NCBI GenBank assembly: GCA_044892525.1
Contig: CM097885.1
Location: forward strand, 189,534,001 to 189,598,000
Source: Schmidtea polychroa
Lineage: Eukaryota
Reading direction: 5' to 3'
Length of the DNA stretch: 64,000 bases
Part shown: positions 12,081 to 25,700 of the stretch, piece after piece
Position numbering within the stretch: the stretch's first letter is position 1
Layout: every line of letters begins with the position of its first letter
The notes under the pieces: generated by a model
What the model was told of the DNA's origin: nothing
The model's input: only the letters and a program-made list of their open reading frames with translations
Database searches by the model: none
Position numbers and translations under genes: made by a program

Positions 12081-12419
12081 CTTTTGCTTAATTTCTATTT
12101 AGTTTTCGGTTCGATTCTTGCAGGAATTCACAAATATGAATAACTAGCTAAATAATCTGCCTTCCTCGGGATTCGAAAACATGTAATAGTAAATAAAAAT
12201 TCAAAATATTTAAAAATTGTTTTAATCGAACTAATTTTGGTTAGTTACATTTTTGTGCGGGCTTTGATGATAAGAGATCAAAATTTGCGAAATATTATAA
12301 ATTTTCTGGGCCCATTACAAAAATAATCTTACACAAATGTTTAGCTGTTAGTTTTCCTTCCGATTAAAGTTTTTTGATTTACTTTAAAAGGAAGACAGAT
12401 TTGGCAGAGATACAGACAG

Positions 12420-12800
12420 AAGTCGAATTTACATTAAATGCAACCTAACAAAAAACGACAGGTAAAAGCCCGGCAGAGATAGTTTTTGAGAAAAGGATTA
12501 GCAGGGGAAAATGGTATGGGTCAAAAGAAAAATAGGTAAAGGAAAAACAAGAAGAACAAACAAGGAGGAAATTCAACGTAGGAGAAAAGGTGTTAATAAA
12601 ATTAGAAACACCCAACAAAAGCCAGAACAGATATGAGGGACCATATAAAGTGATCGAGAAAATGCATGACAGACGATATATTTTAAGAAACGAGAATGCT
12701 AAAAAGATCGAAAGAAGCGTGGAAAAACTTAAAAAATTTCTTAAGAATTTCTTAAGGGATATGAGGAAGAGGAAAGAGTATAAATGTTTTAATTAGAAAT
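12420..12800 (+). mobile_element. Ty3/Gypsy integrase C-terminal fragment
   Basis: FNVGEKVLIK...NRYEGPYKVIEK..RRYIL...ERSVEKLKKF, typical of the Gypsy integrase tail. Confidence 0.7.
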
Positions 12801-13059
12801 TTTGTTAAATTTTAAAAATATTTTAAAAGAAAGATTGAAATTTGTTTAAATAACAAACAAAAGAAAAAATAACTTTTGAGTGCATAATTTATTAAATAAA
12901 ATTTATGGAGTTATCTAGTAATTTGCAAACCGATATTAATGTTTTAACGGAGTGGAATCCTAATAGTGTCAATATTTTGCAACTGAATATTAGCACATTT
13001 TCAAGTCGGTATTCAAATCCAATTTCACAAGCTTTATCGAAAGCAACTTTTATGTTATT

Positions 13060-13600
13060 TGCAAATCATGAGTATTATTAGCGATAAAAAGGATATCATC
13101 AACATATACGCGAGAACTTGAATTGGAGATTCGCCAATTTTGAAAGGTTCAACATTAAAAAGACTAACAGCTAGGAGAAAAGGGTTAATTGAAATCGCAA
13201 ACTAAATCTTGGAAATAGGAAATCCTTGCATAACAACTTGCTTTATTGAAATTTTCGAAATTACTATCGGACCACAAGTGTAGAAGAAGCCGATATCAGT
13301 GTATAATAGTTTTAAAGTGTTTGTAAATTTTTTGCTAACCCCAATATGACGCAAGATCTTCAAAAATAATCATAGGGTATACTACAAAAAGCATCTTTGA
13401 TGTCAAGAAACCCAACAGCAATTGGTTTATTTTTGTTAGATTTTGGGTCTTCAAGACAAGAAAGTATTGAATTTTGTTCCAAACCATCATCGTGCACAGA
13501 ATCCCATTTTTGTCCGGTTTGAAGTAGATAGTTTTGTTGTATCCATATTGGAAGGTGTCTAGCTAAAATCAACCCAAATATCTATTAGACCACAGATAAC
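13060..13600 (-). mobile_element. Non-LTR retrotransposon reverse transcriptase fragment
   Basis: AVGFLDIKDAFCSIP, VMQGFPIS, and frameshifted LAY/VDDIL motifs in RT order. Confidence 0.8.
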
Positions 13601-14299
13601 AAAGCAATAGGGCACCAAGAAGAAATCAGAGTCTTAAAAGATTTCCTAACGCCTGAAACAATATTTTTCCATTATGGTCTTTTTAAAAAGAAGAGTCAGA
13701 AATTTAACTATTGGATTAAGAATTGCAATATCGTTTTATTGAATTCCATCAACTCCATGGGATGTATTGTCAGCTCTTTTTAATTCAAAAACAAACCCCT
13801 TACCTACTATAGGTCTAAGTAAAAGGATTGTTTTAGATTTTGGCAAAATTTAAAAACATATCATGAATTTAAACAATGGGATCTCGATAGTTAAAATTTC
13901 TAATGTGATCTAAGTAGGTTGTTAGTGGCCCCCTGGAGGCTACGATCCGGTGTACCCGCCCCTCCTCCTCTAGAAAAAATATTTTTAGTGCTCCAGAGGG
14001 GTAATCGCCGTGTAATGGAAATTAGACTGCTCAAAATTCGGAAAGTACTTCCAATCCAAGATCAGGACAGACAACAACGAATAACAACAAACAAGTATTC
14101 GAATCAAACATATCAAACGCAACCCTATTTTAAAAAACACTCAACAAGGTCACCTTCAGCGAATGCAAGATCCAAAAAGATATCTTTCACATTTTGAGTA
14201 CGCTAAAGAACCATCAGACAATTGAATATAATCTGTAGATCCAATGAACGGAGAATTTGATTCTATTAATATTACACTAGATTCTTGAAATAAAAGGAA

Positions 14300-15300
14300 A
14301 ATAATTAAATAATTATTTATTGCTGTAAGATGATATAATAATTTCCAACGAATTACTTACTTAACCACGTCACTAGACCTTGATATCTATTAAATGATGC
14401 GGGAATACTTGTATAACTAAATTAAGTAAGTATGTTTTGTCCGGTTTGAAGTAGATTGTTTTGCAACTAATAATTCTCCCTTTTGTAGATTACGCAATTC
14501 AATGTACTATAAATAGTATAACGATTGTGTGTTCCGTTTAGATTTTTGAAGTGAATAAAGATTTCTGTGAAACTATATCTTCTTCTAACAATTCCTATTG
14601 ACATTTTAAATCCACAATTCACATTTTCTTGATTCTTTAAGACAATTTAATAAAACTTTTAACATCTAATTAATTATTATAAGAACTTCTTTCGAAATTC
14701 ACCTCTGATTTCTTTTCAATTGACATTGTATTTATCAATTATTTAAGATTAGCCATGTCTCGTTTGGCATGCACATAGCAAACTTTTTATCCTGAATAGT
14801 CCATCGGCATTTGAATGATCTTTTCCTAGCAATATTTTAATTCAAAAGTATATTTAGATAAATTTACAATTTAAATTTTGGTCAATGGGCTGCATGCATA
14901 TTTTGTTATAGTCATAAGTATTATAGCTTTGCGATATAACTACATTTTTTCCCATTGATATTGTGGCATAAATAGTATTCAAGTAACTATTTCCTTGTGA
15001 TTCAGCATCCTTTTTCATAAACTGAAAAATGTAGAAATTCTAGGCCTATGACTACCCATATCATATGACCGTCTCTTTAATCTGACTTAGCACGATTCTA
15101 TCACCGAAAATATCATCTGTATCGGAAATAAAAGTTCTATTTTCCTCGGATAATATAGGTGATTTGTACTTTTATTTTTGTGGGTTCAAAAATAATTTTC
15201 ACATTATTTTCCCCATGAATTTTTATTTTCACATCCAATTATTACTTAATTGAGAACATCTATTTATTAACACAAGGATGATATCAATGTTTTATACGCC
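14300..15300 (-). mobile_element. Ty3/Gypsy pol fragment (RT-RNase H linker, RNase H), heavily decayed
   Basis: FISDTDD...IVLSQI (cf. FILDTDAS..GAVLSQ) and KYTFELKY/GKDHSNADGLFR (cf. GK.H.NADALSR). Confidence 0.6.
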
Positions 15301-16199
15301 TAGTTTGTAAGATGTTAAATTTATTTATATACAATTGATAACTGTGGTATTAATATTTTAATATTTGATGCTGCCTGTTTGTACGGTGGTCACATTCTGG
15401 GATCTGGTTACAAAATTGCTGGGTTTGATCCAGAGTGAGGCTGGTTTCTTACATGGTACCGATCAGAGTCAAATAAGCTCATAACTAGTATGTCATTAGA
15501 AATCGCATTGAATGTCATTATAAATCTTTATTTTATTTAGTTAGTCATTCGAAAACCAAAAGGCCTTTCCCATTACTTTTAATGAATCTTGTTATATTTA
15601 AAAACGATCTTAACTGTTTTGCACATTTTGTCATATTTTCATATTTGCATTTTTGTATTTTTTATTATGTTCACTATTTGCCCGAATGGCATTTGTGCTT
15701 ACTGTGTGCCCGAGAAAAATTCACTTTTTATGTAACTATTTATCTTATTCTTCCGTTGTTTCCCCAAAATTTATATTCGATTAAGAGAAACGATAACCCG
15801 TTTAAAACTAATACCTTCTTCTTTCAAATAGATTCTTTCAAATAATTCCATTGCATTAACTCATCCATAAAACTGAAATTTACTATTTACTATTATGGAA
15901 TCTTATTATCACGCAAATGAAAATGAAAAGGCATAATTTTTATACAAATATATCGCCTTTCTGTTCTGTTATCTATCAGGCAACTTCGTGATGTCAAATT
16001 CGAAGAACTTGTTAGATTTTCCATTAAAAAATTCCTCATTTTGAATTGGTCCAAAAGTTTTTAAGTTTTTTCTATTAAGGATATTTTACAAAGAACAAAA
16101 TAGTGGTAGTAAGCTGGGAAACCGAGTAGGATAACACATCCATGCAAATGTGAGGTTGTGGCTATTGATCTAATATGGTTTCTTTGACAATGATATGCT

Positions 16200-17230
16200 T
16201 CAATTAAGGATATTTACTATGGTTCGAAATCCCAATCATAGACAATTACTATGATCATATTAAATTAAGCCAGGAGACCGGAGGTCGAAAGTCATTTTGG
16301 TAATTTTAGAGAAACTTAGAATGAATCAATTCAGATCAAAGCTGTCACACAATCGACCGGAGTCGAAACGCTGGTAAGAAGATGTAAAGGGATGTAATCA
16401 TTCTGGTTCCGTCCGGACTATGTAAAGAATGTGCACCAAAGGATCAATCAGTACGATCCGTGATCTGAAGATTATAATTAGAGAGCAAGCCGAACGCTTG
16501 AATGGCATGGCAGCTAAATGGCACGTGGATCACGGCTTTAGAAAAGAGCCCACATACTTGGAACACGAATTGTTTCACGCAATGCTCACTCTTGTGGCTA
16601 AGTTATCTAGCAACCGCCAACTCTAGTTCCAGATGGAAAGAAACCTGCCACAAAGTCTCATCCAGGGAAACACGAGCCGAACTAAATCCAACGACTGAAA
16701 AGCACACAGATAACGGCCCAATAAAAAAATCCGATGGAAGCGAACGATTTGTTATTATGGTTTTGATTTGATTAATATTAAATGTGTTATTATACTTTGT
16801 TAATTAATGGATTTAAATAAGTAAACATCACAGAGATTCAAATTAGAAAAAGGGAAAGTCTAGTGACAGTAATGAAATGTATTTAATGAGTCAAATAGGC
16901 TTAAACACGATAAAAATATAAACTAAAACGAGAAGGTTTAGCCAAAAGTAATGAAATATGAAATAGGGACAATAAAAAACAAGGCACAGTACCTTCTATG
17001 ATAAGCCAGTGAACCCAAAGTTACGTCAGAGTATCAGCAGTCCTTGAAATTGAGCTCACCTTTTGCTGAGGATTACCCAATAAGGTACAGAACCAACGTC
17101 ACTTGTGACGGGTACATAGTGAAATCGACAACAGATATGAGCAGGTGAAGTAAATTGCGATACGCAACAGAGATCGGGGAATGGTGTAGAAAATTGATTT
17201 TGTCCTCTAATTGTAACCCATTAATACAAT
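16200..17230 (+). repeat. Diverged copy (C) of the dispersed small-ORF / structured-end repeat family
   Basis: Shares CCGGAGGTCGAA (16278) with 41596 and the ordered motifs ACCTTCT, GTGAACCC, GCTCAC, ACCAACGT, ACGGGTAC, GTAACCCA with 45410-45602. Confidence 0.55.
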
Positions 17231-17279
17231 GTTCCTTTGAGGTATCATTAATATTTATGTATTAGTCTAAGGAATTTTA

Positions 17280-17995
17280 TCCATATCCACACCAAGTTCG
17301 AAGAAAATTAATAAAATAGTTATTGAATATTCATGGAATTCAGAAAGTGTATTCAAGTTCTATCATTCAACTAATGGAATGATTGAAAGACAATTTAAAA
17401 CAATACGAGATGACATCCAAATTTCTTGAAAAGATAAAATTTATAAAAACTGGACAAAGTTATTACCTGAAGTGGAATTTATGCTTACTTCAACAATTCA
17501 AACCATAACAAGATTTATTCAATCAGAAATAGGGTATTGAGAAAAAATATAAGGAATGGCAGTCAAGCGACAACAAAGACTTGAATATGGAAAAATATAT
17601 CGAACAGATAAATAAAGAAAGAGAAAGAATTAAAACACAATTAGAAAAGAATAAAGGAAAGGTATGGTATAATAATGAGTTTCGAACTAATCGAGAATTT
17701 TATGTCAGTAATATGAAATGGAGAAAGAGCATGTAACAACAAAAGATGATAATAGATATGATAGTCCTGGAGAGATAATTGAGAAAAGATATGGTCGATG
17801 CTATGTGATTAAAATGTCAACAAGAAAAATAAAAACAAGAAATGTAGAATGGCTAAAAGCATTTAAAAACTAAGGATACATTTTAAAAGGAGGGAGTGTA
17901 AGATGCATTTAAAAATATTTAGATAGTTGGATAATTGTGGTATGTTGAAATTGAATGATGATATTTCTCTGAATATTATTTATAATTAATTATAT
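17280..17995 (+). mobile_element. Ty3/Gypsy integrase 3' end, polypurine tract and start of 3' LTR
   Basis: STNGMIERQFKTI, WTKLLPEVEFML, RYDSPGEIIEK..RCYVI; purine tract aaaaggagggag (17885-17896) directly followed by TGTAAG. Confidence 0.7.
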
Positions 17996-18972
17996 CAGGG
18001 GTCTCAAACTCAAACTGGCCTGCGGGCCGCAACATAATTTTTTTTGAAAATAAATACTCGAGAATGTATCATAATTGCAATTTATTAGAAATAGGAAAAA
18101 AACATTATTATGAGCATAAGAATGTAACACAAATTTATTTAAATAAAGACAAACAAAGCGTCAAATACATTATTTTTATTTCTGGTTACTTAGTTGACAA
18201 TATTTAGCCACCATAAGAGCATCAATATTAAGAACAATCTTTTGAAATGTGGTCAATCTTAGTGTTGCTTGCAAATGTTCGTCACTTAACTTTGTTCTTG
18301 TTGAATATTTGTTAAATCTCATCAATAAAAAAAATTGTTCACAAAGATAGGTGCTTCCAAACATTGTAATAATATTTACTGCCTGAGAATGCAACTTTGG
18401 AAATCTTTCTTGTTGGAAATTTGAATAAAACTCAAGAATTCCAACATCAGAGTACTTTTGTTTTAAAATAGAATCACACTGAAGATCCACTAATTCCACC
18501 TGAATTTTCTCTGCCACGGATTCAACATCAACAGCAAATGGTTTTGCAAAAAATTCGAACTATGGTTCAAGCATTTAAAAATTTTTAAATAGTGCCCTTC
18601 AAAGGTATTAATTCTATCAATTCCTCAGTAATAATTAAATGTTTGTCAACACCTCTAATGAAGACTGCACATTAGACTATGTCAGTTGTGACTGTGCTCT
18701 CATCAATAGCAATGGAATATGCTTCAAAAATTTTAGCGATATTGACAAGTTGTGTTTTTGTATCATCTGTTAACTCGGAAATTCGAGCAGACACTGTATT
18801 AGCAGATAGACTTCCCTCAAACACTTTCTTCTTTTCAGGGCAAATTATTTCCCAGGCTTGTACCATGCATTCTTTTGCAAATTATAAATTATAAACTTTT
18901 TTCGGTAATTTATTAAAAAGTCTTCGAGGGCCGCATTGGACCCTCTCGCGGGCCGCATGTTTGAGACCCCTG
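17996..18972 (-). mobile_element. hAT (SPIN/Charlie, GTF2IRD2-like) internally deleted element
   Basis: TIRs CAGGGGTCTCAAAC; perfect 8-bp TSD AATTATAT; remnants SLSANTV..RI, AIDEST, FGSTYLCEQFF. Confidence 0.95.
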
Positions 18973-19125
18973 AATTATATTCCCACATTTATTATTTGAA
19001 AATTCTTTTGTTTTAATGATATATATTTGGAACATCTTATTAGCAAAATTAAATATTCTTTTAACGATATATCTTGTAAAAATTAAGTTTGACAGGTTAT
19101 GTAAAATATTATATATGTAAATTAT

Positions 19126-19158
<33 letters not shown>

Positions 19159-19254
19159 TTGTTGATTATAATAGCAAGTATTAAAACAAAATTCAATAAT
19201 AATTATAAAATCTATAAGATTTATAAACAAATAAAGGAGAATTATCAATTTCAA

Positions 19255-19722
19255 TTATCTATTAGTAACCATGTTGCGCTTTGTTCGGAATTTTGGAGAA
19301 TTTAACTTTACGGATTTCGACCAAAGGAAGTTGTTTGATGGGCCATTGACAAAAGTTTTCATTGGTAAATTTACGCCGTTATCTAGCACTGATGACTGAC
19401 CAAGAGAATCTGAATCATCTAGCAGTTTGAATACCTCGTCGACAGATTCTCTTCCAACCGAACTCGCGATTACTTTAGGTGATTTCAAACTAGACTTTGT
19501 TGTGATATCCTGATTTATGCAATCATTTCTCATGCTCTTCTGTAGCTGCCCTAACCTGGATAATTTATCCTCCAAATCACTGATCGTTCGTTTGATATTT
19601 TTATTGCCTTCGTTTTCCATTAAATATTCGGTGTTACTTTTGTTGTTGTTACCACAAGTAGGTAATTTCACCCCAGCTTGTTTTAATTCGGTTCGTAGCC
19701 TATTACTGATTTGAATTAATAC
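19255..19722 (-). CDS. CCDC57: CCDC57 last coding exon
   Basis: Acceptor aatccag then VLIQISNRLRTEL (cf. QLIEMGNRLRAEL) and SVDEVFKLLD (cf. LQDMWRLLD); phase 0 with the previous exon; stop at 19255-19257. Confidence 0.8.
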   Translation of the reverse strand, partial: VLIQISNRLRTELKQAGVKLPTCGNNNKSNTEYLMENEGNKNIKRTISDLEDKLSRLGQLQKSMRNDCINQDITTKSSLKSPKVIASSVGRESVDEVFKLLDDSDSLGQSSVLDNGVNLPMKTFVNGPSNNFLWSKSVKLNSPKFRTKRNMVTNR

Positions 19723-20189
19723 CTGGATTTTATATGGACATCAAACAATTTTATTGCATTTAAGTAAAGATAAACATTTTTTACATAAATATCCCAGGTT
19801 TTTTTTAAAGATCCCCTCCCATTTTGTGGATGGAGATTACAAATTTTTTAAAATTTTGTTTAAATAAAGTGAAAATTAATTTTTGAAATTTTTTAATTAA
19901 AATTTCTAACGAACTAAATATATAGTTAAACATACATGGCAATGATTTAATTATAAGATAACGCCAATCAAACAATTTTTTCACGATTAATTTCGACAGT
20001 TTTCCTGTCATCATCAGGTGGGATATAATACTCATTAAATAAAGGATTTTAAACAAATTTAATTATATATAAAAAAAATTTTTTTTTCATTTGATAAAAA
20101 ATATTATTTTTAAAACTTTAACATTTAAAATTTTAATTTAATAATTTAAAAAAATTTTTTTTTAATTATTTAATTTAACACAACAATCA

Positions 20190-21117
20190 ATACATACAAT
20201 ACACAAAAGCTTATTTAAAAACACTCAACACACAAGTATTTACTGCATTCTGCACATTAATTTTCGGATTCAATGATTTTATCAACAACGCCTCACAAAT
20301 CACACGTTCCCAATAATTATCGAAGTTTTTTAATAAAATTTTAAAATCAGACATACCTATTTTAATCTTACAGCCCTTATTGTGCTCACCAATATGGGTC
20401 AAAGACTTCGGTCTACAATGTTCTCGAGCTCGAATACAGAGATGACGGGAAGTCTCTCCAATGTATGTGGCATTACTTCTTCCGAAAGTTTTTGTGAATT
20501 CAAGTATAAAAGAAATATGGTGAAGGGGTTGATTTACCGTGCATGGTCTTTGTCTTCTACTTTTAAAAATTCAGTAAAAAGTGTTGACATATTGGTTGAA
20601 CTGTTAATGAAGAATGGTTATTCAAAATCCTTTTTAGTAATTATGGTGAAAGAGACTGTTGACAAATTTATTAAAAATCCTAAGGATCCATGTTTGAGAA
20701 AATTTGGGTGTGATCTTGTTGAGGTGTGTGAGTCTGATGAGTTAAAATCTGGGTGTGATTTTGTTGAGGTGTGTGAGTCTGATGAGTTAAATTAATTAAA
20801 TAGTGTGAGCAAGAATGATGAGCCTAAATTTGTGTTAGTATTGCCGTACTCAGAAGGTTTTAAGGATTATAAAGTGAAGATAAGAAAGCAGTTAGGGAAT
20901 TTAAACTATAGGATAGTGTCAACTTCATGGAAAGTACGCAATATGTTTATTAATAAGTCAAAAACTCCGGTTGAATTGTGTTCCGATCTCGTCTATCAGT
21001 TTACATGTAATGGGTGTAATGCCACATGCATTGGAGAGACTTCCCGTCATCTCTGTATTCGAGCTCGAGAACATTGTAGACCGAAGTCTTTGACCCATAT
21101 TGGTGAGCACAATAAGG
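20190..21117. mobile_element. Penelope-like element fragment (RT C-terminus plus GIY-YIG) with internal inversion
   Basis: Plus: KRNMVKGLIYRAWSLSS, VYQFTCNGCNATCIGETSRHL..RAREH. Minus: YIG...ERVICEALLIKSLNPKIN. 102-bp inverted duplication. Confidence 0.85.
20705..20791 (+). repeat. 45-bp tandem duplication inside the Penelope fragment
   Basis: tgggtgtgat(c/t)ttgttgaggtgtgtgagtctgatgagttaaa occurs twice. Confidence 0.9.
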
Positions 21118-21456
21118 TAAAGCAAATAATGAAGTAAAGAAGGATAAACTAGAGTAAATTAGTGTAATAAGAATAAAAATAAAAAATATTTCGGAAGATC
21201 ATTCATCAAACGATGAGAATATTTATCTTTGAAAAGACTAAAAGACCAAGGGGAAGAAAAATATTTCTAAATTGTAAGTGCGTACTCGTTCTCAGAATAT
21301 TATAAAACTTTTACTTGTTTTCACAAATGCAGTTAAGGATAAGTATAGTTTTGGTGGAAGCGAAATGTTAACTCCGTCAGATTCAATCACCAAAGCCCAA
21401 CATCGGAACTTTATTTTATATATAATTTCACATAAAACTCTCATGGAATATAAAAC

Positions 21457-21869
21457 TGTGATATAATTTGACAATAATATATTTGTATATTTGTATATAT
21501 TTAATATATATTATTACAATTTGTTATTTTAAATGGCGTCACGAACTAGGTTAGACCTTACAAAATTAGTTTACAAAGATCCAGATATATTCATTTGGCA
21601 AGATGTTGATAAATTTGTCAAATACATGAAAAATTACGTAGAAGCTTTCAACATTCCAGAATTGCTTCAAGAAGAGTTTTTATTGAATGCTCACGATGAT
21701 AAGATAGAATCATAATTGGCATCAAAACATAATTATAAAGTTATTAAACCATAAAAATCCTGACTCACAAGAGGAATGTGATATAATTTGACAATAATTT
21801 AGTTGTTTCAATATTACAAATAAACGTATCATATTTAATATATATTATTACAATTTTAGTTATTTTACA
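21457..21869 (+). mobile_element. Miniature LTR element (TRIM-like)
   Basis: Direct repeats 21457-21532 and 21777-21869 starting TGTGATAT, the second ending CA. PBS TGGCGTCACGAAC (tRNA-Ser CGA type) at 21534; PPT aagaggaa before the second repeat; flanks aaaac/aagac. Confidence 0.7.
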
Positions 21870-22552
21870 AAGACTCAATAACTCCTGATTTTTTAATTTA
21901 CAAAGTAGGTAAATAATAATAGATAATACTTTATTTAATTATTTATAATTATTTAACCCATTACCTCCCTATGTACTTACATAGGTACACTTGTTAAAGG
22001 CGTGATTTCATGTTTTTCTATAATGTTTATCCTGGAAGAAGTGACCCATTCCAAGTCTACGAAAAAATTCAATAAGACGACAACGCAATGAAAGCCGTCA
22101 TTAGTGTCATTTTGTTTCTAAATATTTCCTTTTGGGTGTTAATGGGTTAAATTAGAATTGTATAAAAATTAAATTTTATCTATGACGCGATAAGTGAATA
22201 AAACTTTTATATTAAATAAATTTTATAACGCATCCACGCTTTCTTTCAGTGGTAAATCGTATCAGCCATATAAAAATTTCAAATGAAGTTCATGGACTCA
22301 ACCTGTTGCGCTTTAATGATTGAAACCCGGTGTAATTTTGGAATAAACATGGTTTGTGACACTTCAACTCTTTTATTGGACCTTGCAAAGTGTTTATTTA
22401 TTTATTTAAAAATTAAATAATAGCATGGATCCTGTAAAAATAATACCTCGAGGCAACTTTGGAAAGGACAGCAAAGAACGAAATAAACAGTAAGTGAAAT
22501 CTGTCAGAGGTACATTAATAAATCTGAAGATTTTATACAGAATGCTATAAAC

Positions 22553-22970
22553 CAGAGGTGTCCAAACTATGGCCCGCGGGCCAAACCCAGCCGGCAGGCG
22601 ATTTTATCCGGCCCACTAAGGATTTTGAAAAATTTCGTAAAATATAAATGTAGCGTGGCGCTATGATGATCATTTGCAATCATTGCTAATAATTGGTGTT
22701 TCCGATTTGAATCCCAACTTTGAAGAAACTCTCCAGGAAAAAACCCAGTTCCACCATTCCCATTAAAAATTGCATGAAATAATTTTATAATAATATAATT
22801 TAGACATGTTTGTTTAGTATTGTTATATCTGTAATTTACTACAAAAAATAAAATTCAATGCTGCTTTACTTGTAATAAGGTTTTTTAATTCACATATTTA
22901 CAATACTTGGCCCCGCTAATGAATTTAAATACCAAACTGGCCCTCGCAGTAAAATGTTTGAACGCCTCTG
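22553..22970 (+). mobile_element. hAT MITE / deletion derivative
   Basis: TIRs CAGAGG(T/C)GT(C/T)CAAAC; perfect 8-bp TSD CTATAAAC. Confidence 0.95.
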
Positions 22971-23113
22971 CTATAAACTTTGAATCGAATATAATAAAAT
23001 ATATTTTTCCTAAAATGGGCGGAAAATCTTGTTGTTTAAAAATATTGATTTGTCACTAATATTTTATTTTAAAAATTATGTAAGATTATTAGAGAATATT
23101 AATTTAAACAAAC

Positions 23114-23876
23114 CTGCTTTTCGCTGGCTAAATTTTTTATTTGATTTGCAGCGGCTTTCAGTTTCTTTTTGAGGATTGCACTTTCCTTATCGTCGGTTTT
23201 ATTTCCCCGAATGTCTTCTTCGGGAGTATAAATTAATTTTTTTCTTAACTCACTAATTTCACTTTTCAATTGCTCAATCAACATTTCCTGAGCACCGAAA
23301 TTTAATGATGGCATCCTTTCAATTTGTTCAGATTTTAAGAAAGTCAATTCCGATTGCAAATCCTCGATGACACGACCAAGCTCTAAATTTCCTTTATAAT
23401 ACTCTTCGGCTTCTTTACGGCTTACAGCCAACTCAGTTTCCAATTCCTGTAATGTGCGTCGCATCGTACGCACATCCATTCCGGTGTGTCTTTGAAGTGA
23501 GTCAAGCTCGAATTTTATCTGACTGATTTCAGTGTCTTTTTCCCGAACTAACCGTTTCATGTTATTGTTATCTGATTCAGTAGCTTCGAAACGAGCTTGT
23601 AACTTACGGCTTGTCGCTAGTAAATCTATTTTTTCCTGTTGCAGTTGACGGTTGCGCTCAGCTAGACCGGCTATGTGTCTATTATTGTTCATCGCTTCCG
23701 ATGGTTGATTACTAACTTGGTTCGTTGCTTCTTCCGTCATTCTGGCAATTATTTCTTTTAATTTAGCATTTTGAGAATTCAATTCTTTAATCAGTATTTG
23801 TTCATCTTTGGACTCATTCATTCTTGAATTTCTCAAAGATTCATTTGAACAATTGGAACAGAGTCGAACTTGTCTT
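23114..23876 (-). CDS. CCDC57: CCDC57 coding exon 3
   Basis: Acceptor tttacag, donor CAG|gtttgt. ELNSQNAKLKEIIARM (cf. LREQNTSLRNAIAQM) and KKLKAAANQIKNLASEKQ. Phase matches both neighbours. Confidence 0.85.
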
Positions 23877-25700
23877 CTGTAAAATTTTCAAAAATCAAAT
23901 TCTTTTAGAGAAATATATTTTCCAGCATAAATTTTAATTTTAATTAATTATTTTCTGATTTCTAAATTATTTATTTATCTTAGGTTTATTCGGCGTAGGC
24001 AAAAATGTTCACAAATTGCTTTGCCAAGTTAATGTAAAAATAAGTAATTTTATTTTTATTGTTGTTAGGATTCTTTTTAATTTTCGACATAAACAAATTC
24101 AAAGACGTGAATAATTATATTTTATTTAAACAAAGTATTTTCTTAATTCATTTCTGGAGAATTAATTCAAATCCAAATAATATTTCGAACAATTTCAACA
24201 TACCACAACATTCAAATAATAAAATATAAATGCAATAAATATGAATAGTTTATATAAATACATCTTACAATTGTAATTTCTAAAATAAATCTTAGCATTA
24301 ATTCAACATTAAATAATTATTTAGATTATACTAATTACTAGATGTATCTAATAAATAAAACCAGTGATTCTTAACCAGGTGTTAGGTTTGGGCTCGATAA
24401 AACAATAGCCATAAGGGCTAATCAGTAAATAATAATTATTATTATAAATAAATAATTACTATAAATAGATAAATAATTACTAAAAATATAAATATTATAT
24501 TATTGGTATAAATTAATTACTATATATAAACTATATACTAAATATAGTAATTTATAAAATAAATTATATATATAGTAAATATTAACTTTAAAAGTTCAAA
24601 AATAATTATTATAAATTGAGGTGAAATAGTCACCAGAAGTAGAAATAAAACCGCTAAGCTTTGTCGAGAATTTCAAAGAAAATTTATTTAACAATAAATA
24701 TTACCATAAGGTTATTTTATCTATTTGTTTTTACTTAATAAAAAGATAGCACACACGACCACATGTATCAAAATTTCTGTTTGATTTACCTGATGGGATT
24801 AAACTTTAAGAAGGGAATTAATAGGTAACGGTAGAACAAACTGGTTCTACTCGATCGCGCAAATTTCAGAACTCTCCCTTCTTTATTAGTCCAGGGCTGT
24901 GAGACAATTAGATCCAGCGTGTGGCATCTTTAACTAAGGACGTTTCTTATTATATATATATATATAATAAAATATATTTTTGAAACAGAATTATCAATTG
25001 TTGCTATATTCAATTCGTATTATAATTTATACCTCCGCACTATAGAGTTTATCTTTTGGAGTCAGATAAATCAGTAATTTGTGTTAGATATCTTCGTCCA
25101 CAAGATCAATCCTAAAACAGGTTTTGGCAAGTAATGTCAAAGGACCATATATGACCAATCCAACAAATTTCCTTATTTCAGAAAAACATTTCAAGGCTAA
25201 TTGCACATAAAAATTTTATATCAAAACATTTCTTAGGATTTCAAAAAAATCCATAGAAATTTCTTAATCCTTCTTTTTTGGCCTTAAAAATAAAAATATC
25301 GATTTTATAATATTTTACTATTCAAACAAATTCATTTAAATCATTGGTTCCCAAATAGTTTTGGTTCCTGGCGCCCTTAATATATAAGTATTGTTCTGCG
25401 GCGCCCTAAGTCGAAACAATGGTCTACCTAACGTAGTTGAAATGCGCAGTTTATCTGGTTAGATTCGTTAAAAAATATGAATATAAATTAAACACGTATT
25501 TTAAATTCATAAATAATTTATTGAACTGAGTCTGTTCAACAGACTTATAATTAAAATAATCAAACTGGATACAGTTATCCTCATTCCCTGTTCCACGTTA
25601 ATTTTCGGACAATATTTACTTTTTACTACAACGACCGCCGAAAAACGACCAAAATAGAACAAAAGTTCGTTGAGCTTATTTCTTTAAGTTAAACGTGTAA

